Positions 47,349 to 58,308 of a stretch of DNA of 64,000 nucleotides are shown one piece after another. Source of the stretch: Candidatus Bathyarchaeota archaeon (GTDB lineage: Archaea > Thermoproteota > Bathyarchaeia > Bathyarchaeales > Bathycorpusculaceae). The stretch spans positions 128,001 through 192,000 of the forward strand of contig CAWHDT010000007.1 in the NCBI GenBank assembly GCA_963828195.1, given 5' to 3'. The notes under the pieces were generated by a model. That model had not been told where the DNA came from, ran no database searches, and worked only from the letters and a program-made list of their open reading frames with translations. Both the position numbers and the translations under genes were made by a program. Every line of letters starts with the position of its first letter. Position 1 is the first letter of the stretch.

Positions 47349-48816
47349 ACCGCATAGCCTCCGCAGGATTCGTTTTTGAAGCACGCCAAGCCGGATATAG
47401 ACTGCCAAGTGCACCAAGTACCACAGCTGCGCCAAACGCAATCAGCATAAGCTCAGGACTCACCGTGACAACTGGAACTGACGATGCCGCTCCATTCGAG
47501 ATTGTTACTACTGCTCCTGTGGGGACTCCAAGCGAGTTCCCTACTGCAGGAAGTAGCACTTTTGATAGAAATGGTGCAGCAACGGCGCCTATGGCCACTC
47601 CAACTAAGGCAGCGATCAAACTTAGCATGATGCCTTCGAATAGGAATTGGCCCATCACGTTTCCACTGCTGAAACCTATGGCTTTGAGGGTGCCGATTTC
47701 TTTGGTTCGCTCACGCACGGTGTACTGCATTACGAAGAGAACTATGAGGCTTGTAGCTACGATTGCAAGGATGATTTCGACGTAGGCTTGGTTGTTCGTC
47801 TGGTTCATGGTGGCCTTAGCATCAGCTAACTGACTGTTGTACAGTGACTCGATTTGCTGAAGCTGGCTTAAGCGGTCCTGCGCTGTTGAAACGTCGAGTT
47901 CCGGATGCATGGCGCTTATGGCGTTGGACACTGAGGTAACGTCTGCTGTGGTGTCGGCGAACACGTTAAGCTGAGTTATGGTGTCTGTCTGGTTTGTTAT
48001 AGCTTGAGCTTCTGGAAGGCTCATGTAAAGGTCCTGGATATCAGCGCCTGATGGGCTGTAGATGCCTACGACCGTGAAGTTTGTGCCTAAAATATCAACG
48101 GTGCCGCCTACCCCTACTCCGAAGTAAGCAGAGTTGTTCTCGCTCAACAGCACATCGTCGGTGTCTCCAGCCTTCAGATTTGTTCCAGCGGTAATGTTTG
48201 TGGGCAATATTGGATAATTATTAAGTAGCGAAGAATCCAAGGGGACGCCTTCGATGATGTAATTAGGTACTGTGATGGTCAAGCCTGATCCTCCTCCAAT
48301 GACTGTAGCCCCGGCAGGAGGAGTGATTGTTTCGTTATGTCCTTCTGTTACCTGTAAAATTGGCTCAACGGCTGCCACGCCAGAGATTGAACTGTTAACG
48401 TCGTTGTACAGGCTTTCGTTCATAGGTTCTGTGAATCCGCCGCCCAACGCGCCTCCACCAAACTGCCCGCTTGTCTCTATTTGATTGCCGCTACTGCCAC
48501 TGATTGGAGCGCCTCCGATGACTTGTGCGCCGCCGCCAGAGCTAGTGGTGAAACCGAAACCTGATGGAGCGGATGGTGTAAGCCCACATTGTATTTCTGT
48601 TGCCGTCTGGTTGATGGCTGCTGAAGTTTGATTGATGGTGTTTGCGAGCCCGTTTGTCTCGTTTTGTGTGGCTGCTTGATTTGCTGCTATGCCTGCTGGA
48701 ATGACAATCAGTATTGCCATGGAAAAAGCGAGTGCGATGATTACTAGTAGTGCTCTTATTTTTCGTCTTGAAAGATTTCTTAATGCTCTTGTTGTTAGAC
48801 TCAATTTTCTTTTCAC
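47341..48816 (-). CDS. ABC exporter permease (MacB/FtsX-like)
   Basis: RNL.RRK.R, large extracellular loop, ERTKEIG.LKAIG and YPAWRAS..P.EA.RYE motifs. Confidence 0.9.
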   Translation of the reverse strand: MKRKLSLTTRALRNLSRRKIRALLVIIALAFSMAILIVIPAGIAANQAATQNETNGLANTINQTSAAINQTATEIQCGLTPSAPSGFGFTTSSGGGAQVIGGAPISGSSGNQIETSGQFGGGALGGGFTEPMNESLYNDVNSSISGVAAVEPILQVTEGHNETITPPAGATVIGGGSGLTITVPNYIIEGVPLDSSLLNNYPILPTNITAGTNLKAGDTDDVLLSENNSAYFGVGVGGTVDILGTNFTVVGIYSPSGADIQDLYMSLPEAQAITNQTDTITQLNVFADTTADVTSVSNAISAMHPELDVSTAQDRLSQLQQIESLYNSQLADAKATMNQTNNQAYVEIILAIVATSLIVLFVMQYTVRERTKEIGTLKAIGFSSGNVMGQFLFEGIMLSLIAALVGVAIGAVAAPFLSKVLLPAVGNSLGVPTGAVVTISNGAASSVPVVTVSPELMLIAFGAAVVLGALGSLYPAWRASKTNPAEAMRYE

Positions 48817-49003
48817 CTTTAATTGTTGCTACCATTATTGATAGTAGCATTTATAAATGTTACTATCGCCGATGGTAGCTCAAAAAACACGGCAAGACAA
48901 AGCAGCAACAAAAAGAAACTGAAACACTGCACGCTTACCTACTCAACTCCAGGGCAAAAAGTTAAAGAGCTACTACCGCCAATGGTAAGGAAGGAAAAGT
49001 TAC

Positions 49004-49471
49004 ATGCCATCAGAGAAAAAAACCGCCAGCTCACAGTATAACGTTGAAGGAAAACAACTCGAAGCGTTTCTAGGCCCGCTGGAAGCAAACATCATCGAAA
49101 CCATATGGGGCTCCAAAAAAAGACCCATAACAGTAAGAGAAGTACTGGAAACACTTCAGAAGAAAAAGAAAATCGCCTACACCACAGTAATGAACACCAT
49201 GGACAGATTGCACGAAAAGGGCCTGCTTGACCGGCGCATAGAAAAAGGCAAAGGCGGCGTCTACTACGTTTACTGGCCAAAACTTGAAGAACAAAACTTC
49301 AAAGAAGCCGCCGTCCGCGAAGTACTGGGCAGCCTGCTTGAAAACTTCGGCGACCTCGTTACCGCGTGCCTTATCGAAAAAGCCGCCGACAACGACGAGC
49401 AACTGAAAAATTTGAAGGCGCAATTAGAAAAAACCCTCAAAGAAAAGAAAAAGAAAAGTGACCAATTATGA
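49004..49471 (+). CDS. BlaI/MecI/CopY family transcriptional repressor
   Basis: LGPLE..I...W, TVREV and AYTTV..TM.RL..KG motifs. Confidence 0.9.
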   Translation: MPSEKKTASSQYNVEGKQLEAFLGPLEANIIETIWGSKKRPITVREVLETLQKKKKIAYTTVMNTMDRLHEKGLLDRRIEKGKGGVYYVYWPKLEEQNFKEAAVREVLGSLLENFGDLVTACLIEKAADNDEQLKNLKAQLEKTLKEKKKKSDQL

Positions 49472-50784
49472 TGCTGAGCCTAAACGATTTTCTAACGCAA
49501 ATCCTTCAACCCTACTTCTTCTACTCAGCAGTTTTTCTCTCATTATCCTTTGTCTGCATCAAAGTTTTCTTGAAACTCAATCCGTCCATAAGCAGAAAAA
49601 TCCAAAGCACAATTTGGCTAATTCCGCTTTTTATTCCGATTTATGTGATGATTTTGTTTCATCCGCAGACCCTGATATCAATGGGGATACCTAAACTACC
49701 TCCAGAAACCTTTGCTTCCGCTTCCGCCGTAACAACTTCAGGCATTGTTATTGGAAAATTTGTCCCCATCAGTGCTTTTTCAGCCACGGGTCTTTTGTGT
49801 CTGGGGGGAGCAGTCGCAGCTGTGGGCTATCTGATTCTCACGGTTGTTTTGGGGCAGAGAATAGCGATGAGGGCATTTCACGTGACTATGATGTACCCTG
49901 AAGAATACGTGTCTCTTCAGGAAAAAGTGAAGGAAATCTCTTTGAAAATCGGGACTCCAGCGCCGAAGGTCGGCATGATTGACGATTTAAGACCTAACGC
50001 GTTTACAGTGGGCTACGGGAAGAAGGCAGTGATAGTTTTCTCGCTGGGCATTTTAAAGATGCTCAACATTGATGAATTAGCCGCGGTGGTTTCTCATGAG
50101 CTCGCCCATGTAAAATCAAGAGATTACCTGTTCAGAAGCCTGTCATACACTTTGAACATCCTTTCCTTTTTTAATCCTTTATCCTATTTCGCTGCGTCTT
50201 CAGCGCAAAGGGAAAGGGAGTTGCTGGCCGACGAGAAAGGCGCCGCTCTGCTTAGCCAACCCAGAGTCATGTCAGAAGTCCTCGCTAAACTTGAAGGGGT
50301 TCTTCAAATGTTTCCCAAAGAACGCTTTGCAGAGAGGCTCTCCGCAAGCTTGTTTCTTGTATCGCCCCTATCCCGCAGGTCAGAAATACTTGCCGCTCAC
50401 CCCCAGATAGCCCAAAGAGTACGTAACATTAATGTGTCTGCATCACGAACTGCGCCAAAACCGACTAAACGAGGCACGGTTGTAGCGTTGTCTCTGATTC
50501 TGATTCTGGCCGCGGCAACAGTGGGATACGGCACGATTGCTCTTCAGACTTCCTTTTCACAAAAAAGCGGCGTCATAGCAGTTAGGGTCAACGGAGCAGG
50601 CCAAATCATAACGGGGCAAACAGGAAACGGGGCTGCTTCAGCAACCATTCTTTCGCCGCCGCCGGGAAGTTTGCTTACGCCAAATTCTGGAGGGTTACCC
50701 TCCCTCCCGCAAGGAAACGCGATACTCATTCAGGGCGGAGTGGGGATTATTCAAAATTGTTCAGAGCCCGAATACCTACCATAA
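49468..50784 (+). CDS. BlaR1-like/HtpX-like membrane zinc metalloprotease (M56/M48)
   Basis: PNAF, HELAH, E..ADE and HP...R motifs with TM segments; coupled to the BlaI gene. Confidence 0.85.
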   Translation: MMLSLNDFLTQILQPYFFYSAVFLSLSFVCIKVFLKLNPSISRKIQSTIWLIPLFIPIYVMILFHPQTLISMGIPKLPPETFASASAVTTSGIVIGKFVPISAFSATGLLCLGGAVAAVGYLILTVVLGQRIAMRAFHVTMMYPEEYVSLQEKVKEISLKIGTPAPKVGMIDDLRPNAFTVGYGKKAVIVFSLGILKMLNIDELAAVVSHELAHVKSRDYLFRSLSYTLNILSFFNPLSYFAASSAQRERELLADEKGAALLSQPRVMSEVLAKLEGVLQMFPKERFAERLSASLFLVSPLSRRSEILAAHPQIAQRVRNINVSASRTAPKPTKRGTVVALSLILILAAATVGYGTIALQTSFSQKSGVIAVRVNGAGQIITGQTGNGAASATILSPPPGSLLTPNSGGLPSLPQGNAILIQGGVGIIQNCSEPEYLP

Positions 50785-50955
50785 AATGGCATTTACGGAA
50801 TTCGATTATGCAAAAGTCAGGTTTAATCGCAATAAGATCGTAAGAGAATATACAGATTAAATCATTGGTTTGCTCCGATGGAATTTTAAACCTTAACCGC
50901 GAAGGGTTTTTGTTACTATAATCTGGAGTTCGAATCGCTTTTCCGGTGTCTTTTT

Positions 50956-52200
50956 TTAAAGGACTTGAGCAGTATTAACTTGTGGCAATAACTTTGATTC
51001 TTCAAGAATCTTCTTGAATTCCTTATCTTTTAGCGATTCTTTTTTACCGTTTGCATAAACAGCTTTAACCTGCTTAACCACTGCTGACAAGGCATCATTG
51101 CTTGGGTAGTTGCCTGTTATTTCGATAATTTTATGTTTGACTATGCTTTTGCCAGATTGTTTGCCTATAGTTAAGTGTCGTACGTTACCAACTAGCTCGG
51201 GAGGATACGGTTCATAAGTCCAAGAGTCATTGAGGACGCCGCACGTGTGGATGCCTGATTCGTGTGCGAAGCCATAGTCACCCACGATGGCTTTGTTAAG
51301 TGGAACGACGAAGCCGGTTGCTTTGCTAATGAAGTCTGCCGCCTGTCTGAGCTTTTGAGTTTTTCCCTCGAATTTTTTGATACCGTGATGCAAGTACAGG
51401 TTGAGGACAACTTTCTCGGTTTCCGCATTACCTGCGCGCTCCCCAATGCCCAAATACGTTGTATTTAGGTAGATTTTGTCCCACACTCCTGACGCTGCAC
51501 GTATGGCTGCCATAGTGTTTCCTAAAGCGTTGCCTAAGTCGTCGTGGGCATGAATCTCCAACGCCTTTATTCGAGTTTCTTTCTTGAGTGCAATCACTTT
51601 AGCGGGAATGCCAATTGGCAAAGGTGCGTCCAACTCGGGAAGCCCTATCCCCACTGTATCACAAACACGGTAACACTCTGCACCAGCATCCGCCGCCGCG
51701 TTAACGAATTTCTTTTCGAAAGCCCAATCCGCACGGGTAGCGTCCTCACCGTGAACAAACGTTCGTAACCCATGAGTTTTAGCGGCATATTCTACCACAT
51801 CCACCACATTAGCTAAGAGTTCATCAGTTGTTTTATCAGGCCACTTTGCCTGCAAATGAATATAAGAAACTGGATGCGAGATGCCAACTTCCTGAAAGTC
51901 CAAGTCGATAGCGCTGTCAATATCTTTTTTGACTGCTCTGCACCAGCCAGCAACTCTGCAATCCAGCTTCATACGGTGGATGAGTTTCGCTGCTTTTTTG
52001 TCGGGTTCTTGATAATGAAACAGTTCGATTCGTTCAGCACCTATTTCGCAAAGCAACTGCGCGATTTTTGCGGCGTCTTTAGGTCTAGTAGCTAAGCCGG
52101 GCATTTGCATGCCATCGCGCAGGGTGGTGTCATCGATAATGGGTTCGGTTTTGAGGGCGGGCATTTTGAAGAAAAAGTCGTTCAGTTCCATGCTCATCAC
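50956..52200 (-). CDS. nifV: Homocitrate synthase-like DRE-TIM enzyme (NifV position; Re-citrate synthase-like insert)
   Basis: DTTLRDG, HAHDD.G, GIGERAGNA, HESGIH and GKQSG motifs; no IPMS regulatory domain; last gene of the nif operon. Confidence 0.65.
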   Translation of the reverse strand: MMSMELNDFFFKMPALKTEPIIDDTTLRDGMQMPGLATRPKDAAKIAQLLCEIGAERIELFHYQEPDKKAAKLIHRMKLDCRVAGWCRAVKKDIDSAIDLDFQEVGISHPVSYIHLQAKWPDKTTDELLANVVDVVEYAAKTHGLRTFVHGEDATRADWAFEKKFVNAAADAGAECYRVCDTVGIGLPELDAPLPIGIPAKVIALKKETRIKALEIHAHDDLGNALGNTMAAIRAASGVWDKIYLNTTYLGIGERAGNAETEKVVLNLYLHHGIKKFEGKTQKLRQAADFISKATGFVVPLNKAIVGDYGFAHESGIHTCGVLNDSWTYEPYPPELVGNVRHLTIGKQSGKSIVKHKIIEITGNYPSNDALSAVVKQVKAVYANGKKESLKDKEFKKILEESKLLPQVNTAQVL

Positions 52201-52207
52201 CTTGTGT

Positions 52208-53539
52208 TTATGCGTCTTTAGCGTCCATTATTGTGTTGACCAATGTATCCAGCAGTTGTAAGGAACCTCGGAAGCCAACCATGCTTCGTCTTTGGTAGCC
52301 GAATCGGTCGCTTTGCGGAAAGCCAACTCGAATAAGCGGTATGCCTTCGTCTTTGGAGATGTATTTGCCTTTACAATCGCCGATAATTAAGTCCACACGG
52401 GCTTCTTTGATTTTCTGATGTAGGTCATAGAGGTCGCCGCCAACGATTATATTCTGTTTCTCAGCGTCAACTCCGTACAATGTTGCTAGGGTCTGCATGT
52501 CTTGAGCAAACTGGCTGCCTTCAAGCGTTGTCATCACATGTACTGGCTGCATGCCAAGCTCGTAAACAAAACGGGTGATTCCTTGTACGATGTCGGGGTC
52601 GCCGAACACTGCGACTTTTGTGCCGAAGGTAATTTGGCTTGAATCAACTATGGCGTCAACTAGCAGGTCGCGTTCATCAATTAAAGATTCAGGCATGTTT
52701 TTCCCAGTCAGTGCGGTTAGGTTTGCAATGAAGGTTTCTGTGGATTCAACGCCGATTGGAAGATCCCCAAACTTGGCTGGCATGCTGTATTTTTCCTGCA
52801 GATAGTTTGCTGCGCCTTGCCCTTCATATTTGCAAAGTGGTATTGTTCCCTGCGAGTTTGAGCAGTCAGCAATTTCCTGGACTGTTGTTCCTCCACGGGG
52901 GAAATGTGGTTTAGGAAGACGCAGAGGTGCGTTGAGTGTTTGCGAGATATCGGTGAGGTATAGACCGGGGATGCCCATTTCTGCTAGGATATGTTTGATT
53001 TCTAAGACGTCGCCGGGGTTAAGCATGCCTGGAATAATGTTGACTTTGCCGTTGGGCTCTGTTTTTGGTTCAGCGAGCTGGGTGACGAGTGCTTTTATGG
53101 CATTGTCATATCCGATTACGTGGGTGCCGACGTAGCTGGGCGTGTGTATCCCAACTATTTTTGTGTGGCGCTCGTTGTTTTCGGATTTGAAGGCTTTAAT
53201 TATTCCGTGAATGTCATCGCCTGTTGTTTCGCTAAGGCAGGTGGTGATGACTGTGATTAATTCTGGGTGTTGACGGGCGATTATGTTGGATAATGCCAGT
53301 TTTAGGTTGATTGCGCCTCCAAAGATGGTTGCTTTCTCATGGAGAGAGGTGATGGCAACTTCTATGGGTTCGCGGAAGTGTCGGGACATCAAGTTGCGGG
53401 GATAGGTTGAGCAGCCCTGCGAGCCATGTATAAGCGGTACGCTACCATGAATGCCCAGAGTAGCCCAGATCGCACCGATAGGCTGGCACATACGTGGCGC
53501 GTTTATAGCGACACTTCTTTGTCTGTTAATTAGCACCAT
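52208..53539 (-). CDS. nifK: Nitrogenase component I beta chain
   Basis: MCQPIGA, HGSQGC, RHFREP and TTCLSET.GDD (three P-cluster Cys), GFP..DR; start refined to ATG 53539. Confidence 0.85.
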   Translation of the reverse strand: MVLINRQRSVAINAPRMCQPIGAIWATLGIHGSVPLIHGSQGCSTYPRNLMSRHFREPIEVAITSLHEKATIFGGAINLKLALSNIIARQHPELITVITTCLSETTGDDIHGIIKAFKSENNERHTKIVGIHTPSYVGTHVIGYDNAIKALVTQLAEPKTEPNGKVNIIPGMLNPGDVLEIKHILAEMGIPGLYLTDISQTLNAPLRLPKPHFPRGGTTVQEIADCSNSQGTIPLCKYEGQGAANYLQEKYSMPAKFGDLPIGVESTETFIANLTALTGKNMPESLIDERDLLVDAIVDSSQITFGTKVAVFGDPDIVQGITRFVYELGMQPVHVMTTLEGSQFAQDMQTLATLYGVDAEKQNIIVGGDLYDLHQKIKEARVDLIIGDCKGKYISKDEGIPLIRVGFPQSDRFGYQRRSMVGFRGSLQLLDTLVNTIMDAKDA

Positions 53540-53541
53540 AG

Positions 53542-54918
53542 CTAATCTGCATCCCGTGTTCTGATAAACTTCCACGCGGGGCTATAGACTGACTTGTAAA
53601 TGTCTCTTGCAAATCGAACAAAGCCTTTGAAGACCATGTAGCCGCCTTTGCTTTCGTATGTGTGTCCGTTTAGGAAAGGCACGCCGTACTTGTAAGCTAA
53701 ATATTTTTCTTTGGTACCGGAGATGAACAGGTCTGGTTTGTATTTAACCATCATTTCTTCCAGTTCAGGCGCGTTTGGGTTATCAATAAGCAACGTTCCG
53801 TTTTTCACTCGGCTCACGATTTTTTCGTAGTCGTCTTCATGACCAAATGTGGTTGCGACAACGTTGACTTCCATGCCCAGTTCCTCCATAGCTCTAGGCC
53901 AATGCCAACTGCGCGGTCCGCCCTCGTAAATCATCACTTTTTTGCCCTGTAACTTTTCTCTGTAGACATCCATCTCCGATTTAATGTCTGCCATTTCTTT
54001 TGCAATAACTTCTTCGGCTTTTTGTTCTAAGCCAAAAAACTTCGCAACGATCCGCAAGTCATCAGCAGTCTGCCGCATGCCATAGAAGTCCACTTCAACA
54101 TAGGGTGTGCCGTACTTGTCCTTCATCATTTCAGCGATGTACTTGGCTGACCGTGCGCATCTTACAACGTTTAGTTTTGCATGATGCATTTTGGCTATGT
54201 CATGGATGGAAGAGTCACCCGTGAAAGTACACACTACCCGAAGCCCAATGGCTTCCAGCAGCGGCAGTATAAGCCAATCGTCCCCTCTGATGTTGTATTC
54301 TCCGACAAGGTTTATGTCATAAGGCGTCTTGTTCTGGAGTTCTTCTGTGCCTACGACCTTGTTAAACAGAACTTCGTTGCCGACGTGGTGCCCTAGACTT
54401 TGGCTTACGCCGTGAAAGCCTGGGCAGTTGAAAGCTACTACTGGTTTTCCTATGGCGGCGGTTGCACGTTTAGCGACTGCTTCTATGTCGTCACCGATTA
54501 GCCCGGCAACGCATGTTGCGTAAATGAATACTCCTTGTGCGTTTGGGAAAGCCTTGTTTGCTTCAAGTATGGATTCGTAGAGCTTTTTTTCTCCTCCAAA
54601 GACGATGTTTGATTCGCGCAGGTCAGTGGAGAAAACGTTGACCAGCTGGAAGTTTGTGTCTTTTGCAAGGTTTGGTCGTACGTCCCAGGGGTAATAGCAG
54701 CAGCCTATAGGGCCATGTTCCAGTTGAATAACGTCTTTTACAGGTCCACCCACGACACCTCTGCAGCCGGCATAAGTGCAGCCTCGCTCAGTCATGTCGC
54801 CTGGGATGGTTGCTACGTTGCAGGCTGGAATGTGGCATTCGTCTTTGTCATCTTTGATGTAAATGTGTTTTTTTCTGTCTGGGACATGCTTGTCGCATTC
54901 AGGTAAGATAAACGGTAT
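53542..54918 (-). CDS. nifD: Nitrogenase component I alpha chain (group III-like)
   Basis: TIPGDMTERGC, HGPIGC, ATC, GVSQSLGHH, RCARSA (Cys275 equivalent), GGPR.WHW and NGH.Y (His442 equivalent); the open frame extends to ATA at 54918. Confidence 0.88.
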   Translation of the reverse strand: MPFILPECDKHVPDRKKHIYIKDDKDECHIPACNVATIPGDMTERGCTYAGCRGVVGGPVKDVIQLEHGPIGCCYYPWDVRPNLAKDTNFQLVNVFSTDLRESNIVFGGEKKLYESILEANKAFPNAQGVFIYATCVAGLIGDDIEAVAKRATAAIGKPVVAFNCPGFHGVSQSLGHHVGNEVLFNKVVGTEELQNKTPYDINLVGEYNIRGDDWLILPLLEAIGLRVVCTFTGDSSIHDIAKMHHAKLNVVRCARSAKYIAEMMKDKYGTPYVEVDFYGMRQTADDLRIVAKFFGLEQKAEEVIAKEMADIKSEMDVYREKLQGKKVMIYEGGPRSWHWPRAMEELGMEVNVVATTFGHEDDYEKIVSRVKNGTLLIDNPNAPELEEMMVKYKPDLFISGTKEKYLAYKYGVPFLNGHTYESKGGYMVFKGFVRFARDIYKSVYSPAWKFIRTRDAD

Positions 54919-55818
54919 CTACTTCACCCCAGATTCGCTAGAGCGACCAAAGCCACTGAAATGTGTGCCGCAGGTTTCCTCGCTAGGCACCCCCATGGCG
55001 TCTGCTCTGCATTGGACGCAGTTGTGAAACTGGAATAGCATGCCTTCGCATAGGTGGCGGATTCTTTGAATTTCCTGCAGAGATGGAGCTGGAATATTGG
55101 CGAATTTTGCTTGGGGAATCAGGGGCATAATGTTCATTATGTAAGCGCCCATGTCACGTACGGTTCTGGCTACGTCAACCACATGTTCTGAGTTTATGCC
55201 GGGAATGAATACCGAGTTAACTTTGACGACTATGCCTGCGTCAGCGGCGGCTCGTAATCCGTCGAGTTGTTTTTTGCTAAGGACCTCGAACGCTTTTCTG
55301 CCCATGTACGTCTTGTTTTGGTAGCGAACGAAAGAGTAAATCTGCTCGCCTACCGTGGGGTCTAATGCGTTGATTGTTATTGTGAGGGCTGAAACGCCTA
55401 CCTCTTTTAGTTGGGCAAGTTTTTCTGGTAGCAGCAATCCGTTTGTTGAAACGCAACGGGTTAAATGTGGAAATTCCTTTTTCACTTGTCGAAGAGTATC
55501 AAATGTAACGTCACTGCTAAGGGGGTCGCCTGGGCCAGCAATGCCTACGACACGCAGTCGCGGGTCTTTTTGCACTGCAAACCGCACTCGCTCCATCGCT
55601 TCTTCAGCCGTTATCACTTTGCTTGTAACGCCGGGACGGTTCTCGTTGGCACAGTCGTATTTACGAACACAATAGTTGCAGCCTATGTTACATGTTGATA
55701 CGACGGGAAGATGTACTCTGCCAAACTTGAAATGCGCTCCCGAACCGTAACAAGGATGCTCCTGCACTAGCTGAGAGCAAATCTTTTTGCGTATCTCAGA
55801 TTTTTCATAGCTAACCAT
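54919..55818 (-). CDS. nifB: Nitrogenase cofactor radical SAM protein NifB (single domain, no NifX)
   Basis: HPC, R.HLPV, CNIGCNYC.RK.DC.NE.RPG, AGPGD, STNG and C.QCRADA motifs. Confidence 0.93.
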   Translation of the reverse strand: MVSYEKSEIRKKICSQLVQEHPCYGSGAHFKFGRVHLPVVSTCNIGCNYCVRKYDCANENRPGVTSKVITAEEAMERVRFAVQKDPRLRVVGIAGPGDPLSSDVTFDTLRQVKKEFPHLTRCVSTNGLLLPEKLAQLKEVGVSALTITINALDPTVGEQIYSFVRYQNKTYMGRKAFEVLSKKQLDGLRAAADAGIVVKVNSVFIPGINSEHVVDVARTVRDMGAYIMNIMPLIPQAKFANIPAPSLQEIQRIRHLCEGMLFQFHNCVQCRADAMGVPSEETCGTHFSGFGRSSESGVK

Positions 55819-55828
55819 CTTTTGTCAC

Positions 55829-56659
<831 letters not shown>

Positions 56660-56752
56660 CTATCCATTTTCTTTAAGCGAAAGTTACTTCTATTTTTTTC
56701 AAATTTCTTTCACCTTGATTTTTTTCTACGTTCTTATCCATGTTTCCAAGCA

Positions 56753-56778
56753 ATTTAAAGGTAGTTGTGATTTGTTCA
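56753..56778 (-). promoter_or_regulatory. nifH promoter: TGAACAAATCA operator plus TATA
   Basis: Minus strand TGAACAAATCACAACTACCTTTAAAT; near-identical copies at 58205 and 58309. Confidence 0.7.
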
Positions 56779-57027
56779 GCAAACTTCTGAGTAAGTAACC
56801 AAATATCACAATTACTTTTAGATGTATCGACAATTGTCTTAGTATTTTTATTTTACTTAGACAGTTGTTGTCACCAAAATATCGTTAAAAATAATTCCGC
56901 TGACGATTATCTGCTTAATGTAAGCTAAGGAAATGCGTGTTTATCAAAAAATGAAAAAGTGTAACCGACTCACATTTTCTAGGTTGGCTGAGTGCAAATG
57001 TTTATCTTTGATAAATTTCCCTTTAAT

Positions 57028-57525
57028 TCAGCTTTTACCCCATCTTAAAAGGTATTCCTCAAGAAAAATCATTATAAATTTTTTAGTCAATTCCGATCTT
57101 AAGATCAAGGTAAAATTGTTTTCAGAGATTTTGATTACCTTAAAGAAATTACATACTTCTAGCCTTTTTAATAAGTTTTCAACAGTTACTACCTGGTTCT
57201 TAAGCTGTTCACCATTAGAACGAGCAATTCCTCTATTGCTTCGTCCAGAATATTTCCTGGTTTGCGAAGACTCAATAAAGTCAAGAAATAGAAACCAGTT
57301 TTCTATATCCATTAAAACGTGTTCTCCGTTCAAAAGCAAATCCATGCATGTTGCTACTTTTTCTTTCGGGAATGCTCTGTTTTCATTGTAAGAATTTAGC
57401 GTTCGTCTTATGATTTCACTGTCCGACAGATTTTCTTGTGCAGTGATTTTTTCAAGGAACTTTATCGTCGATTCGCCCAAGGGTGCAGTTATCCTTTTTT
57501 GTTTTTTCAATGCGATCGCCAACAA
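57028..57525 (-). CDS. CopG/RHH family regulator with a C-terminal domain
   Basis: KRITA.L...L.....S.SEIIRR.L N-terminus; GEHVL.DI..W motif. Confidence 0.7.
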   Translation of the reverse strand: MLAIALKKQKRITAPLGESTIKFLEKITAQENLSDSEIIRRTLNSYNENRAFPKEKVATCMDLLLNGEHVLMDIENWFLFLDFIESSQTRKYSGRSNRGIARSNGEQLKNQVVTVENLLKRLEVCNFFKVIKISENNFTLILRSELTKKFIMIFLEEYLLRWGKS

Positions 57526-57547
57526 CGTTATTTTTCTTTCTCCTCGT

Positions 57548-58006
57548 TTATGCTACACAAAGTGAAGTAGTGTCTTCTTTTATTACTTCAAGGGCTACAC
57601 CAGGAATGATTCTGCGAATGCCATTGATTTTTTGCAACTGCTTTACAAAGGAGGCTAATTCCGAGTTCTCTTTGAATTTTGCCGTTATGACGACATCAAA
57701 ATCTCCTGTTATTTGGTAAACTGATAGGACATTGGTCATCGTTGAAATTGAATTTTTAATAAATTCAACGCGTCCACCAGTTTGAATAAGGATTACTGCG
57801 GTCTGCGTAAAGCCCAACTTTGCAGGATCCAGAACAATGGTGTACTTCTTTAAGATGCCCTGTTTTTGTAAATCTGCCACTCGGTTTATCACAGTGCCTG
57901 GGGCTTTGTTAAGTTTTGTTGAGATCTCGCGGAGGCTTACCCGACTATTTTCTCTTAACATATTTAAGATTTGGATATCTAGCTTATCGATTACTCCTTT
58001 CTTCAG
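57548..58006 (-). CDS. Lrp/AsnC family transcriptional regulator
   Basis: IDKLD.QIL..L.ENSR.S..EI, L...GI...Y and ITG.FD motifs; the frame extends to CTG at 58006. Confidence 0.88.
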   Translation of the reverse strand: MKKGVIDKLDIQILNMLRENSRVSLREISTKLNKAPGTVINRVADLQKQGILKKYTIVLDPAKLGFTQTAVILIQTGGRVEFIKNSISTMTNVLSVYQITGDFDVVITAKFKENSELASFVKQLQKINGIRRIIPGVALEVIKEDTTSLCVA

Positions 58007-58204
58007 GGCTTGTCACTTCGCTTAATAAATTGTCTTTTTTCTGACTTTTCGTTTCTATTCTTACTATACTTCAATAAATTTACGTCATCCATCATAAACA
58101 AAGATTTTCCAAATCCATAATTGAAATACCTTTTACGCCAAACATTCGTTTAATTTCACTCTCCAAATTGTTACGCTACATACGGCTTTTATACAAGAAA
58201 TGAA

Positions 58205-58230
58205 ATATAAACGTAGTTATGATTTGTTCA
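58205..58230 (-). promoter_or_regulatory. Second copy of the nif operator/TATA motif (upstream of the Lrp gene)
   Basis: TGAACAAATCATAACTACGTTTATAT; 23/26 identical to the 56753 copy. Confidence 0.65.
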
Positions 58231-58308
58231 GAAACATTCAGAAAATAGCATATTTGTCTTGCATATCTAATTATTATTGAGCATACGTCTTAATTTTATG
58301 AAATTATA

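Noticed and set aside
52208-54918. Interpretation as nifE/nifN or as Cfb/Bch reductase
   Set aside because: The alpha chain retains the His442-equivalent and GVSQSLGHH, the beta chain has three P-cluster Cys, and nifB is co-encoded
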